Shown here piece after piece: positions 11,847 to 25,649 of a stretch of DNA of 64,000 nucleotides. The notes below the pieces were generated by a model, which was not told the origin of the DNA, made no database searches, and saw only the letters and a program-made list of their open reading frames with translations. Position 1 is the stretch's first letter. Every line of letters starts with the position of its first letter. This DNA comes from Azolla caroliniana (Eukaryota > Plantae > Polypodiophyta): NCBI GenBank assembly GCA_043228905.1, contig JBHGNT010000015.1, positions 19,468,001 to 19,532,000 on the forward strand. Direction: 5' to 3'. The position numbers were made by a program, and so were the translations under genes.

Positions 11847-13739
11847 ATGCACTCTGCTCCTCCTCTCTTGAAGCAGAAGGAGAGGAACCCTAAGAAAGCC
11901 ATACTCACCCTTCATCATTTCTTCTGCGAAAATGGCCTCGACACACATCAACCAGCGGCCTCTCGCCTCGTCTCGATGTTCGCCCATTCTGGCTCCCTTT
12001 GTCAAGCCCAGCAAACCTTTGAAAAGCTTCCTTTCCGAGACACGGCTTCATGGAGCTCAATCTTCATCGGATTTGTGGACCATGGCCATCCTCAGTATGC
12101 CCTCTCCCTTTACCAGAAGAAAATCCACGGAAATGAAGGTATTTCTCTCAATAACCCTGCTATTTTGGCCTTGCTTAAGGCTTCTTGCATCCTTAAAGAT
12201 GTGGGGGTTCTGCTCTTGATTCATGATTTGGTCTGTACGAAAGGTTTGTTTACTGGATTAGATGTCTATGTTTCCAGTGCTTTGATTTCTATGTATGCCA
12301 AATGTGGTCATTTAACGATGGCAAAAGATGTATTTGACCAAATTGCCATTCGTAATGTGGTCAGTTGGAATGCTTTAATGGTAGGTTACATAGACTGTGG
12401 CCATGGTGAAGAAGCAATTTGTTGCTTCGAAAAGATGCAAGAAGATGGCATTTTTCCAAGTGAAGTCTCTTTTGTTTGCAACTTGAAAGCTTGTGCTTTA
12501 GTGCGAGATGTAGCTAAGGGGTATAAATCGCATACAAAGATCATTGAGAAGGGATTGAATGAAACAAATGCTTTTATCGGTAGTTCTTTGGTCAGTATGT
12601 ATATGAGTTTTGAATTGCTCAAAACTGCACAACAAGTGTTTGAAAAGCTTCCAATTCAAGATGCAGTATCATGGAATACACTTATATCAGGATTAGTTGA
12701 ACACGGCATTGGTGAAGATGCTTTTCAGTATTTTCATCGGATGAGATCTGATGGTATCTCTCCAACTTCGGTCACATATGTATCAATACTAAAAGCTTGT
12801 ACTCTCATCGATTCCACTATGGAGACACAAAAAATTCATTCTGAGATTGTTAAAAATGGACTCGAAACTGGGAGTTTTATCGGACGAGCTCTTTTGGTCA
12901 TGTACTCTAAACAGGGTATTCTTTCTGAAGCTGAAAAGCTATTTTATGAGATTAAATTTAAGGATGTGATTCTTTGGACAGCTTTCATTGCAGGATGTGT
13001 TGAAACTGGACATAATGAGAAGGCACTCTCTCATTTTGAAGAAATGCAAGTTGAAGGCATCATTCCTGATTGTGTTACATTTATTTGTGGCATGAAAGCT
13101 TGTGGTAGCATTGGAGCTTCTTTTAAAGGCCAAGAAATGCATGTTGAGATTATTAAGAGAGGACTAGAAAAGAAGATAAACATTGGAAATACTCTGATAA
13201 ACATGTATGCAGAATGTGGATTGCTTGTTGCTGCTCAACATGTGTTTGATAATCTTCCATCGCGAGACTTGATCTCCTGGAATGTACTCATGTCAGCCTA
13301 TGCTCAACTTGGAGAAAGTGAGAAAGTTTTCCAGATCTTTGATACGATGATCGCACGTGAAGGTTTATACCCAGACATGGTCACAATTTTGAGCGTTTTT
13401 AATGCTTGCAATCATGATGGCCTTGTTGAGATTGCTCAAAAGTTCTTTGAGACCTTAGCCGATGTCTTGTGTTTCAACCCAAGTGTTGAGCATTATGCAT
13501 GCATGATTGATCTTCTAGGACGAGCTGGCCTAGTCAATAAGGCTATTGCAATGTTGGACAATGTTCCATCACATCCAAATAACTCATTTTGGCATACTAT
13601 ATTGGGTGCATGTCGAAAGTGGGGTGACGTGGAGCTCGGAAGACATGCCTTCAATCATGCAATGCGAATGGATGAAAATGATGTGGCATTGTATGTCTAT
13701 ATGTTGAACATCTATTCAAGATTCTGGTTTAAAGTATAA
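11847..13739 (+). CDS. Pentatricopeptide repeat protein, PLS class with E-type C-terminus, no DYW domain
   Basis: Intronless 630-aa ORF with repeated P-L-S motifs (SALISMYAKCG..A..VFD, NVVSWNALM, P..VTF...LKAC). C-terminal HYACMIDLLGRAG and WHTILGACRKWGDVELGRHAF match the S2/E1 motifs. Confidence 0.95.
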   Translation: MHSAPPLLKQKERNPKKAILTLHHFFCENGLDTHQPAASRLVSMFAHSGSLCQAQQTFEKLPFRDTASWSSIFIGFVDHGHPQYALSLYQKKIHGNEGISLNNPAILALLKASCILKDVGVLLLIHDLVCTKGLFTGLDVYVSSALISMYAKCGHLTMAKDVFDQIAIRNVVSWNALMVGYIDCGHGEEAICCFEKMQEDGIFPSEVSFVCNLKACALVRDVAKGYKSHTKIIEKGLNETNAFIGSSLVSMYMSFELLKTAQQVFEKLPIQDAVSWNTLISGLVEHGIGEDAFQYFHRMRSDGISPTSVTYVSILKACTLIDSTMETQKIHSEIVKNGLETGSFIGRALLVMYSKQGILSEAEKLFYEIKFKDVILWTAFIAGCVETGHNEKALSHFEEMQVEGIIPDCVTFICGMKACGSIGASFKGQEMHVEIIKRGLEKKINIGNTLINMYAECGLLVAAQHVFDNLPSRDLISWNVLMSAYAQLGESEKVFQIFDTMIAREGLYPDMVTILSVFNACNHDGLVEIAQKFFETLADVLCFNPSVEHYACMIDLLGRAGLVNKAIAMLDNVPSHPNNSFWHTILGACRKWGDVELGRHAFNHAMRMDENDVALYVYMLNIYSRFWFKV

Positions 13740-14000
13740 CAATGTATTTAGATGATGTTGTGATGTTGTATTGGGCAGAGCTTAGGTTGGGCTTTCAAGC
13801 ATTTGAAGAGATGCCATTAGCTGATAGGATGCCAAAAATGTGCAGTGGAAACTCAAATTCTGAAATGTCATTAGTGTTGAAAACGTGAGAGATAAACCGG
13901 ATCTGATTTTTAATGTATTAAAACAAAGAATAAAAATAGATACATGTAAATATATCATAATGGGATTACTTCCCGCGAATAGATTTATAGCAGGGTCGAT

Positions 14001-14186
14001 GAAAGATTTCAGTTAACACCATTAGTCGAGCTGATCAACCATATACGTTGCATCATATGACCTATGGTTTTTTCTGTGAAAGAATATCTGGGTCAGTGTC
14101 GAAGAAAGATTCCAGTTAACACCATTAGTCGAGCTGATCAACCATATACATTGCATCAGATGACCCATGGTTTTTTCTGTGAAAGA
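14001..14186. repeat. Two-copy tandem duplication (period ~103 bp)
   Basis: gaaagatt.cagttaacaccattagtcgagctgatcaaccatatac.ttgcatca.atgacc.atggtttttt occurs at 14001 and 14104. Confidence 0.85.
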
Positions 14187-16592
14187 TGGAACTTGTGCCT
14201 GCAGGGCCAAAATCGTAATGGTGGACTTCTGGAAATCTACATGTTTAAAAGGCTTTTCATGTCTCGGGGTGGTCTATTGACAAATTGTGGGAAAAATGCA
14301 ATCCCTACAAAAGCATAGTTCTTGAATGTGAATCAATGATACCACATGATTCAATAATTAATCCATTTCACAAAGAATATGGAAATCGACCACCCTTGAG
14401 AGTGCCCCATTGGAATAATCTAAATGCACCAATTTATGTGTATTTGGCCTCAAGTTATACAAGTTCTGTATAATGTGAAACAATAACATCACGTGGTACA
14501 CTCTTTTCGCTTGTTATGACCACCATTGTTGATGCACTAGGTTACCATTGAATTTATTAGTAAGATCTATAATGTGAATAAAAACATCACATGCCCCAAG
14601 TCATTCATGTAGCGCACTACATTATTAGACGCAAACAAAACAAAAACCATTAATTACCTGCTTCATAAGATTTAACCAAGATATATCACTTACCTATATA
14701 TTACAAGATTTAACCCCATTATCCCTCTTGCTTACCTGAGGATTGTGTGTTTAACATGTGATGGAAGAGTCAAGCTAGTGTCCATTCACATAGCAAACTG
14801 ACTGTTAATAAAGAACCTTCGAGGATCAATCTTGACGTTTTGGCACTTTCCAATATGTTGTCTTTTCGAATCAAAATAATTTTGGAGCCTCCATTCATTA
14901 AACCATCACCATGGCTTATGTATCAATTACAAATCAAATTTACCTTTGTGCACTTTAAATTGCAACTACATGCATACTTTAGTAATATGTTGATTTTTAG
15001 ATTTGAATTTGGTTCTGATTCGGATTTTTAGATTTGAATTTGGCTTATACATACTGATACAACTTCTGTATCAAGTACAAATCAAATTTACCTTCATGCA
15101 CTTTAAATTATATTTGCATGCATACTTTGGCTTTCTACGTTGAGTTTTAGATTTAAATTTAGCTTATTGGTGATTCATCATCAAGCACTGAGGCAATTGT
15201 TAGTAACAAATACTCCAGATTTCATGGGAAAGAGGTTAAGATCAAGCACATTTAGAGAAAAAAACACAAGTTTGTTAAAATGTGGAAAGCACAATATGCC
15301 TGAAATTCAATGGCCAATATATCTCATGTACAATGGACAAATGCTTTTGATTGTTCCTAAATAGCTCTCGTATGATCTTTTACTCTTTATAGTTTCTATT
15401 TTAGTTTCAATCAAGCATTCTGACAGCCTCAAATTTACTTCTTTCCCCCTAAATGCCTCTCAGATGTTCAGTTTTTCCCCAGCATACCGTATTAAACCTC
15501 TGAATGAAATAACGGAAATAAACAAACAGAATCATCCAAATACCATTCAGAAAAGAAGGGTGGCTTGAAATACTTAAACTGGTCAAAACAGTGATTAATT
15601 TGACATTATAATTTATTTCTCATGGGATAATAGTAAGTTCAGGGCATCTGGGACATCAAGAAGTAGATGGTATTTCGTATTCCGTATCATCAATTTTTAC
15701 ACCACTGAACCATAAGTAATACGTGCACAGAAATCATAGATACAATCAAAATATCTGGCATGCAAAACCAGTAAATTACAAACCATTATAACCAGAAAAC
15801 CCTGACTTCCATCAAAAGTCATATAGATAAGTGGCTGAGAAAGGACTGTTTTTAATTCCTGATTTTTTAAGACTCCAATCTATTCAAATACACACATACA
15901 TAAAACATGCAAAAATCGATCAGAAGAGGCAAGTTGTTTTGAAGGGCAAAAGAAAATAGCAAGAGAACTAACAAAGCACTGAAGCAGGCACAAATACACT
16001 TGGATGAGGCAAAAATGATACAAAGGACATAAGAACACGAGAGAGATACACACATATGAGATGTGAGTTCTTAACTCAATCCCATGGAGTACTATGAAAA
16101 TAATTGATTCACAGATTTTGCTAAACATATGGTTACAGCCTTTCTCGAACATATTCCCCCGGTCTAACTAGGTGTTTGAAGGTTCAAGTACCTTTTGGCT
16201 TTTTTAGGCGAGTCACCTAACCCCCCATACACTGTTACACACTAACTTGCCAAAAAAGAGATTTTTTTATTAATCTGCCCAACAAGGCCTTCCTTTGTTG
16301 AAAGACTAGTGAATATAGAACAGCTCCTAGGATGAAACCCTGATAGGAAGGGTAAAGAACGCCAGCATCCATTAGTTCCTCCACATGAAGCTCTCCATTT
16401 TGACAGCAGCTCATGCAGTCTTGCTAAATGTAGGGAAAACAATTACAAAAAAGGACCTCTACCCAGAATCCCATGTGAAACTACTATTTGTAGACCCTTG
16501 AGGGGGGTAGGACCAAGACCCAATATTGGAACTAATATAAGCTGTCAGAGCTTTAGCCTGCCAATAACTAGGGTTCCATTCAGAGCAGCACC

Positions 16593-19500
16593 CTATGAGA
16601 CCGTGCGCCCGAAACTCACTGAAGCCAAGTAAAGATTTTTTGACCACTTCTCCTGCATAAAACAAAACAAGTATATAAATAAGTACCAAGATATAGACAT
16701 AATAAATAAATACATATATATATATAGCAACAGAGTAGAAAGCAGTCTCAAACCTTGACATGTGTGCTTGGGAATGCAGAGGTGCGAAGGGTTTCTTGAG
16801 TCTCATCCAATGGCTTTTTCTTAGGTACACTTAGGATGAAAGCCGCTTGGTCCCATGTAGCTGCAGTTGCAGTGATGCGATAACCATTGTCCCATCTGCG
16901 GTGGATACCCTCACTCGGATACAGAAAATCCAATTCCACAACCTGAGGACCAAAACAAGTATATATTAATGCAAAACTTCATATACAGAGATGAAGATAT
17001 AAGCATCACAATTAAATATCCCTACTTGCTCGCTAAACCCTGCATTTCGTGACATGACCACACCCCAGCGGCTTCCAGCAGTAGCCATAGATGTTACATA
17101 GAACCCCTCCTTCCACTTCTTATTAATCCATTTGAAAGGAAAAGAGTCACTGACTTTGTATGATTGTTGTGTGTATTGTGTCCCTGCAAAAATAATGAAA
17201 TACAAGAAGTATTAACATGTTTCTCAGCCGAAATATACTGCCCTCCTTGAAAAAGCGTTTGTAATGTTAAGAAGCTGGCAATATATTTCAGTCACATCTT
17301 ACCTTTCGACATGATTACCAATGAGTTTCCATTGTTGGCTCCGGCAATTGCACTTATATAGAAGTTTTTCTCCCACTGCTCCATTATCCATTCCTACAGA
17401 TATCCCCAATCAGCAATAAATAAAGTTCCCAACTACCCTCATTAGATTTACCTGGCAACTATAAAACAGTATATGTTGATAAAATCAATGAATGGTTTCA
17501 CCAAGTAAAAACCTTGTGCAAGAAATATTGTGAGAGTTCATAGACTTGCGCAGAAAAGCCAGTTCCAGCATCCATGATGAGTGCCCACAAATTACTAGAT
17601 GATGCTACACTGCTGATGAATAAACCATCTTCATTTCCTTTCTCGATGTGTTGGGCAAGCCGATTATCTGCAACATTATAATGATACCTGGTCCATACAT
17701 CCAATCAAAATGGATGGTCAGTATTCCTTTCACTAGAAACCAGATCCTACTTCAGAGCATGCATGTCTAAGATATTCCAATAATCAGCTGAAATACTAGA
17801 ATTGATATCATGGCCATGGTTATTTCATACACCATATGCGGGTTTAGGAAAGTATAATTGGAGCATGATTCAGCATTCTGGGCTTAATCAAACGCCATCC
17901 TATTTTCAGAAAAATTAGTTTTTAAATATTTAAAATTATACAAAACATAATTCCAGCACAAATTGTATTAACAGCATTTCAAACCTAACGGTTTGGTATA
18001 AAATCCTAAAATTTCAGTATGGTTGCAAGTTTGCCAGTGTAAAGTCAAAAAACGGATAGAGCATGAAAAATCTTGCAAGTTGAAGTCCAAAGCTTTGAAT
18101 AGAGAGAAACACAGGGGGTGGGAATGATTGGGAAATTTGAGGAAAAAGAAACAAAATAGACACATAATGAAGCAATGTTTCATATGTATGCAAAATGGAC
18201 CATATATTATTGATTGTCACTTTATATCCAGATAGGAACATCAGTGTCCTGCCTAAATGGGAAAGTATCAAAGTAAGCAACTGAGAATCCAGCAAGTGAA
18301 CAGCACCACAGTTCAAGTAGTTACCTTTGTTTCATAGGCTGCCGTGCATTATATACACTAATCCATTGATTAGCAGGCATCCCTAAACGGATCTTTTTCT
18401 TAGGCTGATCATCCTCATCCTCTGGAGTCAATCTTGCACGTTTCTGGCCAACCTGATGTGGAGAAAAAGTATAAAATTTGCATCATTCACTATTTACACT
18501 CATATATCTGCATCTGCTAACAGAAAAGAAATTTTTGAGCTGACATAATTTTTGAACCTTTTGAGCGCCATCTGTATTGATCGGTCTCAAAGCTGGATTT
18601 GGCCCAATCACACCATCAAAAAGTGCAACAAGTTTTGCATAGTTGGGTTCCTCGTCAAATTTCATGTTGACAACTGTCTCAAGAAAGTTCTTAAAAGGAA
18701 GCGGGCAGAAACAACAGAGCATCTCTGGTGATGTTGACATTTTTTTCCTGCATACTAGAAAGCTTTTATTGTCACCCTGTAGAGAACCATAAAAAGAACA
18801 TACGTTAATAACATTATTTGGCAAATCATGTGAGGAACAAAGAGCATCTTCTACCAATTATTCTGAGAGATGATCATAAATTGGCTTATATATTTTGAGT
18901 ATTAGCTATTTCTACACCAGAATATTAATCTATGATGAATATACAATAAGAAACAAGAAATATGGTTTGCTTGAAAAACCTGGTATCCTTGCCAAGGTAA
19001 TCGGCCCCTTAACAGAAATATAAGTGTATATGCCAAGGATTCGAGGTCATCCCTTCGACTCCCTATTCGACCCAAATGGGCATGCACACTTGCATATCGT
19101 ACAGTTCCTCTGAATTTTAACGAAAACAGTAAAGACCACCCAAAATAAAAGATTTAACATATATTAAAGCTAAGCAAGTTATAAGAAATTACAAAATAAT
19201 ATTTGACCTGAAAACATCCGGCTTCTGATCATATTCAACATGCTGTCCAGTAGTACTATCCCTCCATTTTGTTGCTGTAAAAATGAAAAATATTACAACA
19301 GCCTCCCTTGCAAATAAAAGAAAATGCACTGCGTTCTTATTTACACTAACCTAGTCCAAGGTCTATCAGGAAAAGCTTCTTTTCATCGAGTGATCCAGGA
19401 AGTCCAAGCAAGAAATTCTCTGGTTTAACATCACCATGTACATATCTAGAAACACAGAAACCAGTACACAATAGAATAAATCAGTAAAGCATACGAACTT

Positions 19501-21749
19501 ATCATCAGATTGTTAACAGTGTCAAATACTATACAAAAAATTGAGGTTACAGATGTATCATACATAAAAAAAAGGGGGCATGTTGAAATCCGAATACATT
19601 TGTATCAGGGACCTTCTTCAAACAAATGAGAGCCATCTCATCTTTAGAGATACGGGATTTTGGAACTTTGATAGCATTTCTCTATAATCTAATAGTTGTT
19701 AGAATCTCCATCAAGTTTCAGCAAAAGAGCACTCCATGCCCGGCACATATCTTACACAACTACTAGAATATGTAGAAACAAAAAACATACAAAGTCCCAG
19801 AACCCTCTTTCTCTAGGCAGGAGAAAGTTCTCATTGCATGGATTCCATGGGTCTGTAACATATCTATCCTAGAAAATTAGGTGTAAGAGTTGCATCTGCA
19901 AAGATAGAAAGTAATTCCAGTTGGTTTCCATATCCAATTAAGAGTTTACCCTCTATTGTGCAGTTTCTCCAAGATAGATAGTGCTTCCACAGCTATGCAT
20001 GCAACCATTTGTGTGGACATCCTGTGAATTCATGTACCACTACAATATAGTTAATCCATTGGAAATTCTTCTATGTAATGTCCAGGTGTCACTAATCTTA
20101 CGTTTGTCCAGTTGAATTCCATATATCCCATAAACTTGGTCCAAGTATGTCCATTACCTGTCATGTGCCATAGTCAGTACTCTTGCTTGTAACCAGAAAA
20201 AATAACACACTACACTTAAAACTACAGCTGAATCACTTTGGACTTACCATCACATAATAATCACCTTGCCGACCTTTATAATGCACTCGAGGAACACCAT
20301 GACTACCACCTAATGCGCTGCACAACAATCACAAACACTCTAGAAATATCCTTTTTTCTCTTAACATATGATAGCATTTTCTAACATAAAACTTACGTGT
20401 AGACTTGCCACTCGTAGGGAGGACCAAGGTTGCAACCTTTACTATTTCGATGCTCAAATTTTAAAGCAACCTGATCATACCCAAGTTACTCATTGTTAAA
20501 CTAAAATTAACTATCTCGTTACAAAAATGGTACGAGCTGAAGTGGTCCTTTAAAGGCTAAGAAACCCATTTCCCTTAGTAAAAACCTCATTTTTTACATA
20601 AAAACAACGTTTCATAGAGAAAAAGCCACCATTACCTCAGCCGCCTGAGGCCCTGTTCTCTCAGTTCCACCATTAATCCTTCGCCCTAAGAACACTTGCC
20701 CAAAACCTCCTTTTCCAAGCTTTCTATCTAATCTATAAACAGGAGATGCTCCTACTTGCACCTGTTGAACATATTATTAGAAGATACGCATGCAAAAAGG
20801 ATACTATAAAGCTAGACATAAAATAACTATAGTTGATGCATTGAAGGCAAATGGAACCAAAAACTGATTTAGGCATATGCAAATATTGTTGAAAACTTAA
20901 AGTTGTAAATTACTATAGTTATAGTCAATTAAGGGGATCACATGCAAATATAAATGAAAAATCAGGATTGCAACAATATGTTTGCTGCTTATACTGATGA
21001 AACTAGGACACCAAATGAAGAATGTTTCTAACCTAAACTACAGAGATGACAACACTTACTCTCTCCGGAAGGGGAGCTGTACACGGTTCCTCATCGGCAG
21101 CTCCAGGCACTGCCGCCACCGCCTTGTCACCACTCCGGCCTGCACTGATTTCGTCCATTTTCTTCTTCTCTGTGGCAATTTGATGCTTCACTGCTGGAAG
21201 ATCTAGTGGCTCTTGGGTATTGATCTTCAGGATATCTTCAACAATTTGACCTTGACCTTCTTCCAGAATGGGTGTTTTGGGCACTCCGGGTTTGTTTCTA
21301 GCCCTACCTCTAGTGGCTCTAGGTGTGAACAAAGGTGTAGTTTTCCTCTCTTTAGAGGAAGTATGTGCAGCCTTTACAGGAGACGATTTATGAAAGAGAG
21401 ATGACCGCACACCTGTAGCTGCAGCTCTGGTTCTTATAGATTTGGTCAAGAGATGAGGAGATGAAGTATCCGCTTCCTTCGCGGCGGCAGCGGCCGCGGC
21501 TCGTGTTCGAGTACAAGGTGCGTCTAGTAGGCGGCGATGAGGACGTTGTCGTGAATGCTGATGTGCTGGTGAAGACTGATATGCGGGTGAGCGATGATGT
21601 TGTGATAAGTCACAACGCTTCCCTCCTGGTTTCTGATGTAGGTTTTTGAGTTCTGTTTGTGACTGCTTCTGATTTGGACACTCTGTCAATGAATGAAGGA
21701 AAAGGGCCTCGTCGTGTGTAGAACGGCGCCCACTGCGCAGCTCTGGCAT
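16593..21749 (-). CDS. MLK: Plant-specific casein kinase 1-like kinase (MLK/PPK/AEL/HD16 family); 16 coding exons: 21749-21060, 20761-20636, 20470-20397, 20317-20248, 20157-20102, 20021-19950, 19445-19351, 19274-19208, 19109-18980, 18776-18558, 18452-18325, 17687-17513, 17393-17303, 17183-17026, 16942-16754, 16652-16593
   Basis: MPELRSG start; PLPER|[20 protein letters not shown]; [14 protein letters not shown]; [27 protein letters not shown]. Family-specific C-terminus [11 protein letters not shown].., [49 protein letters not shown]. All junctions are GT-AG and keep frame. Confidence 0.96.
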
Positions 21750-22427
21750 CCTTCACCCATGCACTCCTCCGGCACTCATACCAGAATAATACGTCTCACT
21801 GCATATAATTTTACAACCCTATCCCTAAACTTTGAGTTTATTCCTTGTACATAAGGCCAAAACTTGGTTATTAGACCCTAACACTTGGTTTCTAACCCTA
21901 AATCTATCTCCCTAAGCATTTCTTCCAACCGTGACCCTGAAACTTTTTTCCCAGCCCTAGAACATTGTTCCTTACAGCTACCCCAGCCCTAAAACTCTGT
22001 CCATAACCCTAACCGTAAAACTCTTTTCCTGACCCTGACCCGAAAACTTGTGTTCTTTACCCCCCCTGACCGTAGAGCTTCAGTGGAAACAGAGAACCAA
22101 GAAAAGGAAAATTTACCTGAGCAGATCAATGGGAGCTCAATGATGCACACAACACAGAGATCAGGGATGAGGGGGGGGGGGGGGGGTGAAAAAAAGGATG
22201 TGGAGATAGTGGGCGAGGAGAAGAGGTCAGATCCTGAAATGGGTCGAGATCGATGATCCGGAAGAATCTGCGGAAACCCGTCTTCTCTTCCTGCTCTTCC
22301 TCTTCTTCTTCCTCCTCCTCCTCCTTCCTTCTTCTTCTTCTTCTTCTTCTTCCTGAACCTTTCCTTCTCTTTCTCTTTCTCTTTCTCTTTCTTCACAATA
22401 ACAATGGCCACAAAACATCCAAAAGGA

Positions 22428-22729
22428 ACATTTTGTCCACTCTTCATGTCCACCTCTTCTTCTATATGGACTTGTCCATACCAAATCCATACCAAAATCA
22501 ATGAGCATTTTGTCCACCTCTTCTTCTACATGGACTTGTCCATACCAAAATCACTGAGCATTTTGTCCACCTCTTCTTCTACATGGACTTGTCCATACCA
22601 AAATCAATGAGCATTTTGTCCACCTCTTCTTCTACGTGGACTTGTCCATACCAAAATCAATGAGCATTTTGTCCACCTCTTCTTCTACATGGACTTGTCC
22701 ATACCAAAATCAGTGAGCATTTTGTCCAC
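22428..22729. repeat. 53-bp tandem repeat, about 5 copies, just upstream of the MLK 5' UTR
   Basis: gagcattttgtccacctcttcttctacatggacttgtccataccaaaatca(a/c/g)t starts at 22503, 22556, 22609 and 22662, with a partial copy at 22715 and a degenerate first copy. Confidence 0.95.
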
Positions 22730-22758
22730 GCTCTAGGGTGCAATCCTCCCCTACCTCT

Positions 22759-22918
22759 CTTACCTATGCTTTTCTACCTCTAGCCATAGAAAAAAAGCCC
22801 TTTCCAAGGCTCGATAGGGACTCTAGAAACTAATCCGCTTACCTATGCTTTTCTACCTCAAGCCATAGAAAAAAGGCCCTTTCCAAGGCTCGATAAGGAC
22901 TCTAGAAACTAATCCGCT
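22759..22918. repeat. Two-copy ~80-bp tandem duplication
   Basis: cttacctatgcttttctacctc.agccatagaaaaaa.gccctttccaaggctcgata.ggactctagaaactaatccg occurs twice. Confidence 0.85.
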
Positions 22919-25649
22919 TTGATCGAGATTACTCTTGACCATCGAAAAGCCCTTCCTAAGAAACTCGCCCAGTTGCTTTTCCTACTTGGCTCCCTCCCTC
23001 GATGTGATAGTAAAAGCACCCTTTCTAAGAGCAGCACGTGAGTTAGTCTTCCCTACATGGCTCTCTCCCTTGATGTGACAATAGAGCACCCTTTCTGAGA
23101 TCAGCACATGAGTAGGTTTTACTGTCTGGCTCTCCCTCAACTGAGAAGCCTTTTCGTATACCAAGTGAGTAGCTTCGAAGTTCTGGCATTTGACTTTGCC
23201 TTTGTGTTGCAATAGAGAGCCATTTCCAAGAACGTGTGAGTAGGTTTGTATACCTCTATACGATGATAAAAGAGTCGTTTCTACTAACGCTTTATCATGT
23301 TTTCTCTCCACCGAAGTGATTACAAAGAACCCTTTTTAAGAGTTGTGAGTGAGTAACTTTTTCTCCCTATCATTGCCTAAAGTGTGACAATATAGAGCCC
23401 TTCCTAAAAACAAGTGCATAACATTTTCTATTACATGGCTCTACCTCAATGCAACGATAGAGAACCCTCTTTATTGAACAAATGAAACGTTTTACTATAT
23501 GGCATTCAATCTTCTCCACTCATTGTGTTTGTTGGAGCAAATATCATTATCCTATGGTTCACTCTCGATGATACGATTAGTGCGATCATACAATTTCGGA
23601 GCAAATGCGTAACTTCCATTGTATGGTGCAATGGACATTTATTATTCCCCGTCTACTTGACAATAAATAGTTTATTTCATAATGGACTAGTGGTTTTGAT
23701 TGTAGTATTCTTGTGTATACAATGGTGTATGGAGGTGAAAGACTCCTACAATCGTTGGCTCTGCTCAAAGTTGAATGTGATCATGGGCTATATATCATGG
23801 TTACATGTGAACTAATTGGTTCGAGATATCTATTAGATACATGATAATATGAATTTGCATTATATAATCATAGGTTCCAGGTTTAGTATGGCTAATTTAA
23901 TAGATAATGTGTATTGACAATAGCAAGATAACGTGTATTGTGGAGTGACAGTGTTAACAATTGTGTGATTCGAGTTTTTGTGGATAATACCCTTAGTGCT
24001 TGTCATTTAAAACCCAATGGGTATATGACATTATCAGACAAACCCTTAGGTGCAAAATAGTTTTCATGAAGCGTGTTGATGGACAAATACATTCCATGTA
24101 AAGTTTCAAAGTATTCAAATTAAAGAACATGACATGTGATGGAATTATAATTATTAATAGAAAAATATCATTTTGTTTTTGTATATTTCAACAAGTAACT
24201 TTTCAGTGCCTTTGTCTATTGTGAATATGATGTTGAATGCATTCTAGCCCCTCGTCAACATTTTTTATGGGTTAATGTTTGTTAGTCAAGGTATAGATTG
24301 TGATCATAACTTTCATACTTTAGGTTGCATGTCTTTGGCTAGTCTCTTGTATGTGTTCTAAAAAATCATGAGCTAAACATCATTATCTAAAATTTATGCT
24401 CTCAACAAATAACCTCTCCCTTTAGAATATAGTTTAGACCACATGCCTCACGTTATACTTCAAACTTCCTTATCAAAATGTGGGAAATCGTAGATCAATT
24501 ATAGGTATAAAAAATGACATCCTTTAAGTGGTATTGGTTTACACAAGCACTAACTAAATATAAGGATTCTCATTGTGAATAGTAGAAATTTGAAAAAGAT
24601 TACGTGGTAGACTTTTTGGTCCGAGTAAAATATTGTAGAATAAGTAGAAAGTGATCATTGATCATTTTGTGCCACGTTTCCGTAGAGAACCATAAGAAGC
24701 TATATGCTCTTGTTTTCGTAACAAATTGATATGCATGACATCAACATGGATTTCGGCCATTACGACTAAGTCAAAAACTAGCTCACGTATTCTTATATTT
24801 GTACAGGTTTCTAGACTCAACACCTCACATTTTTCATAGCAATGATTTATTGCACCACATTAACTTGGATTTTCGTTTAGGTACTACCCCACATTTTTTG
24901 CATAGCCAATGATTATGTGTCATGTTGTGATGGATTTCCACCGGGTTAATCGGTCTATGAACGAAGCCCTATTAAACTTAAACATTCTCTAGACCTAGTG
25001 TTAGAAAAGGCAAATATATTTTTGGCATTGATAATTATAGGGGGTTTATTCAGTTGTCGAGGACTAAAACAAGTTATTGGCTACATTGAAAACAAGGTTT
25101 TTGTAGCATAGGTGATAAGAGGATAAGGTTTGGTCGAGTGCTAATACGAGAGATTGCCCCATGTTGGTATTCCAACAAAACTCGAGAGGACCACCCGCTA
25201 TCTTGGGTTTTTTTAGGCTTTAACATTTCTATATCTTATTTCTTTAATGTCACATGCTTACATGCATTTGTTCATGTTGTCCCCTTTTCAACTTATCCCA
25301 ACCCCCACATCAAGAGATATTGCCCTTAACGCTTTATGTGAAGTCTTTACTATCAATGAGTACTTGCACATAAACGTTGTCTAATGGAAACATCCCTCGT
25401 ATCGTTGTCATTGTCTTTCCATTGTAATTAGAGTGCCAATTTGCTCTGCCTTTTTGTTAAGTATCCACTAGACATCTCACATTATATGATATTGGTTGGG
25501 AATAGAACAAAGACTCCTCGAAGACATAACACGACATAGAAGAATGTGGTAAACATTGTAACAAGGTAGAAAGCAATATCTTTAAACCTGTTGGGATTTC
25601 GGTCCCTCCGGATGGGATGTCCGGAGATGAATGACGGCAAGCCCGGTTG

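Noticed and set aside
14640-15170. Cluster of minus-strand splice-donor-like words (ag|gtaa) suggesting a hidden gene
   Set aside because: No coherent exon chain or protein motif could be assembled, and two of the sites come from a local duplication.
21989-22517. Lys/Glu/Arg- or Ser/Leu-rich ORFs
   Set aside because: Translations of (CTT)n and (CTCTTT)n microsatellites in the MLK 5' UTR.
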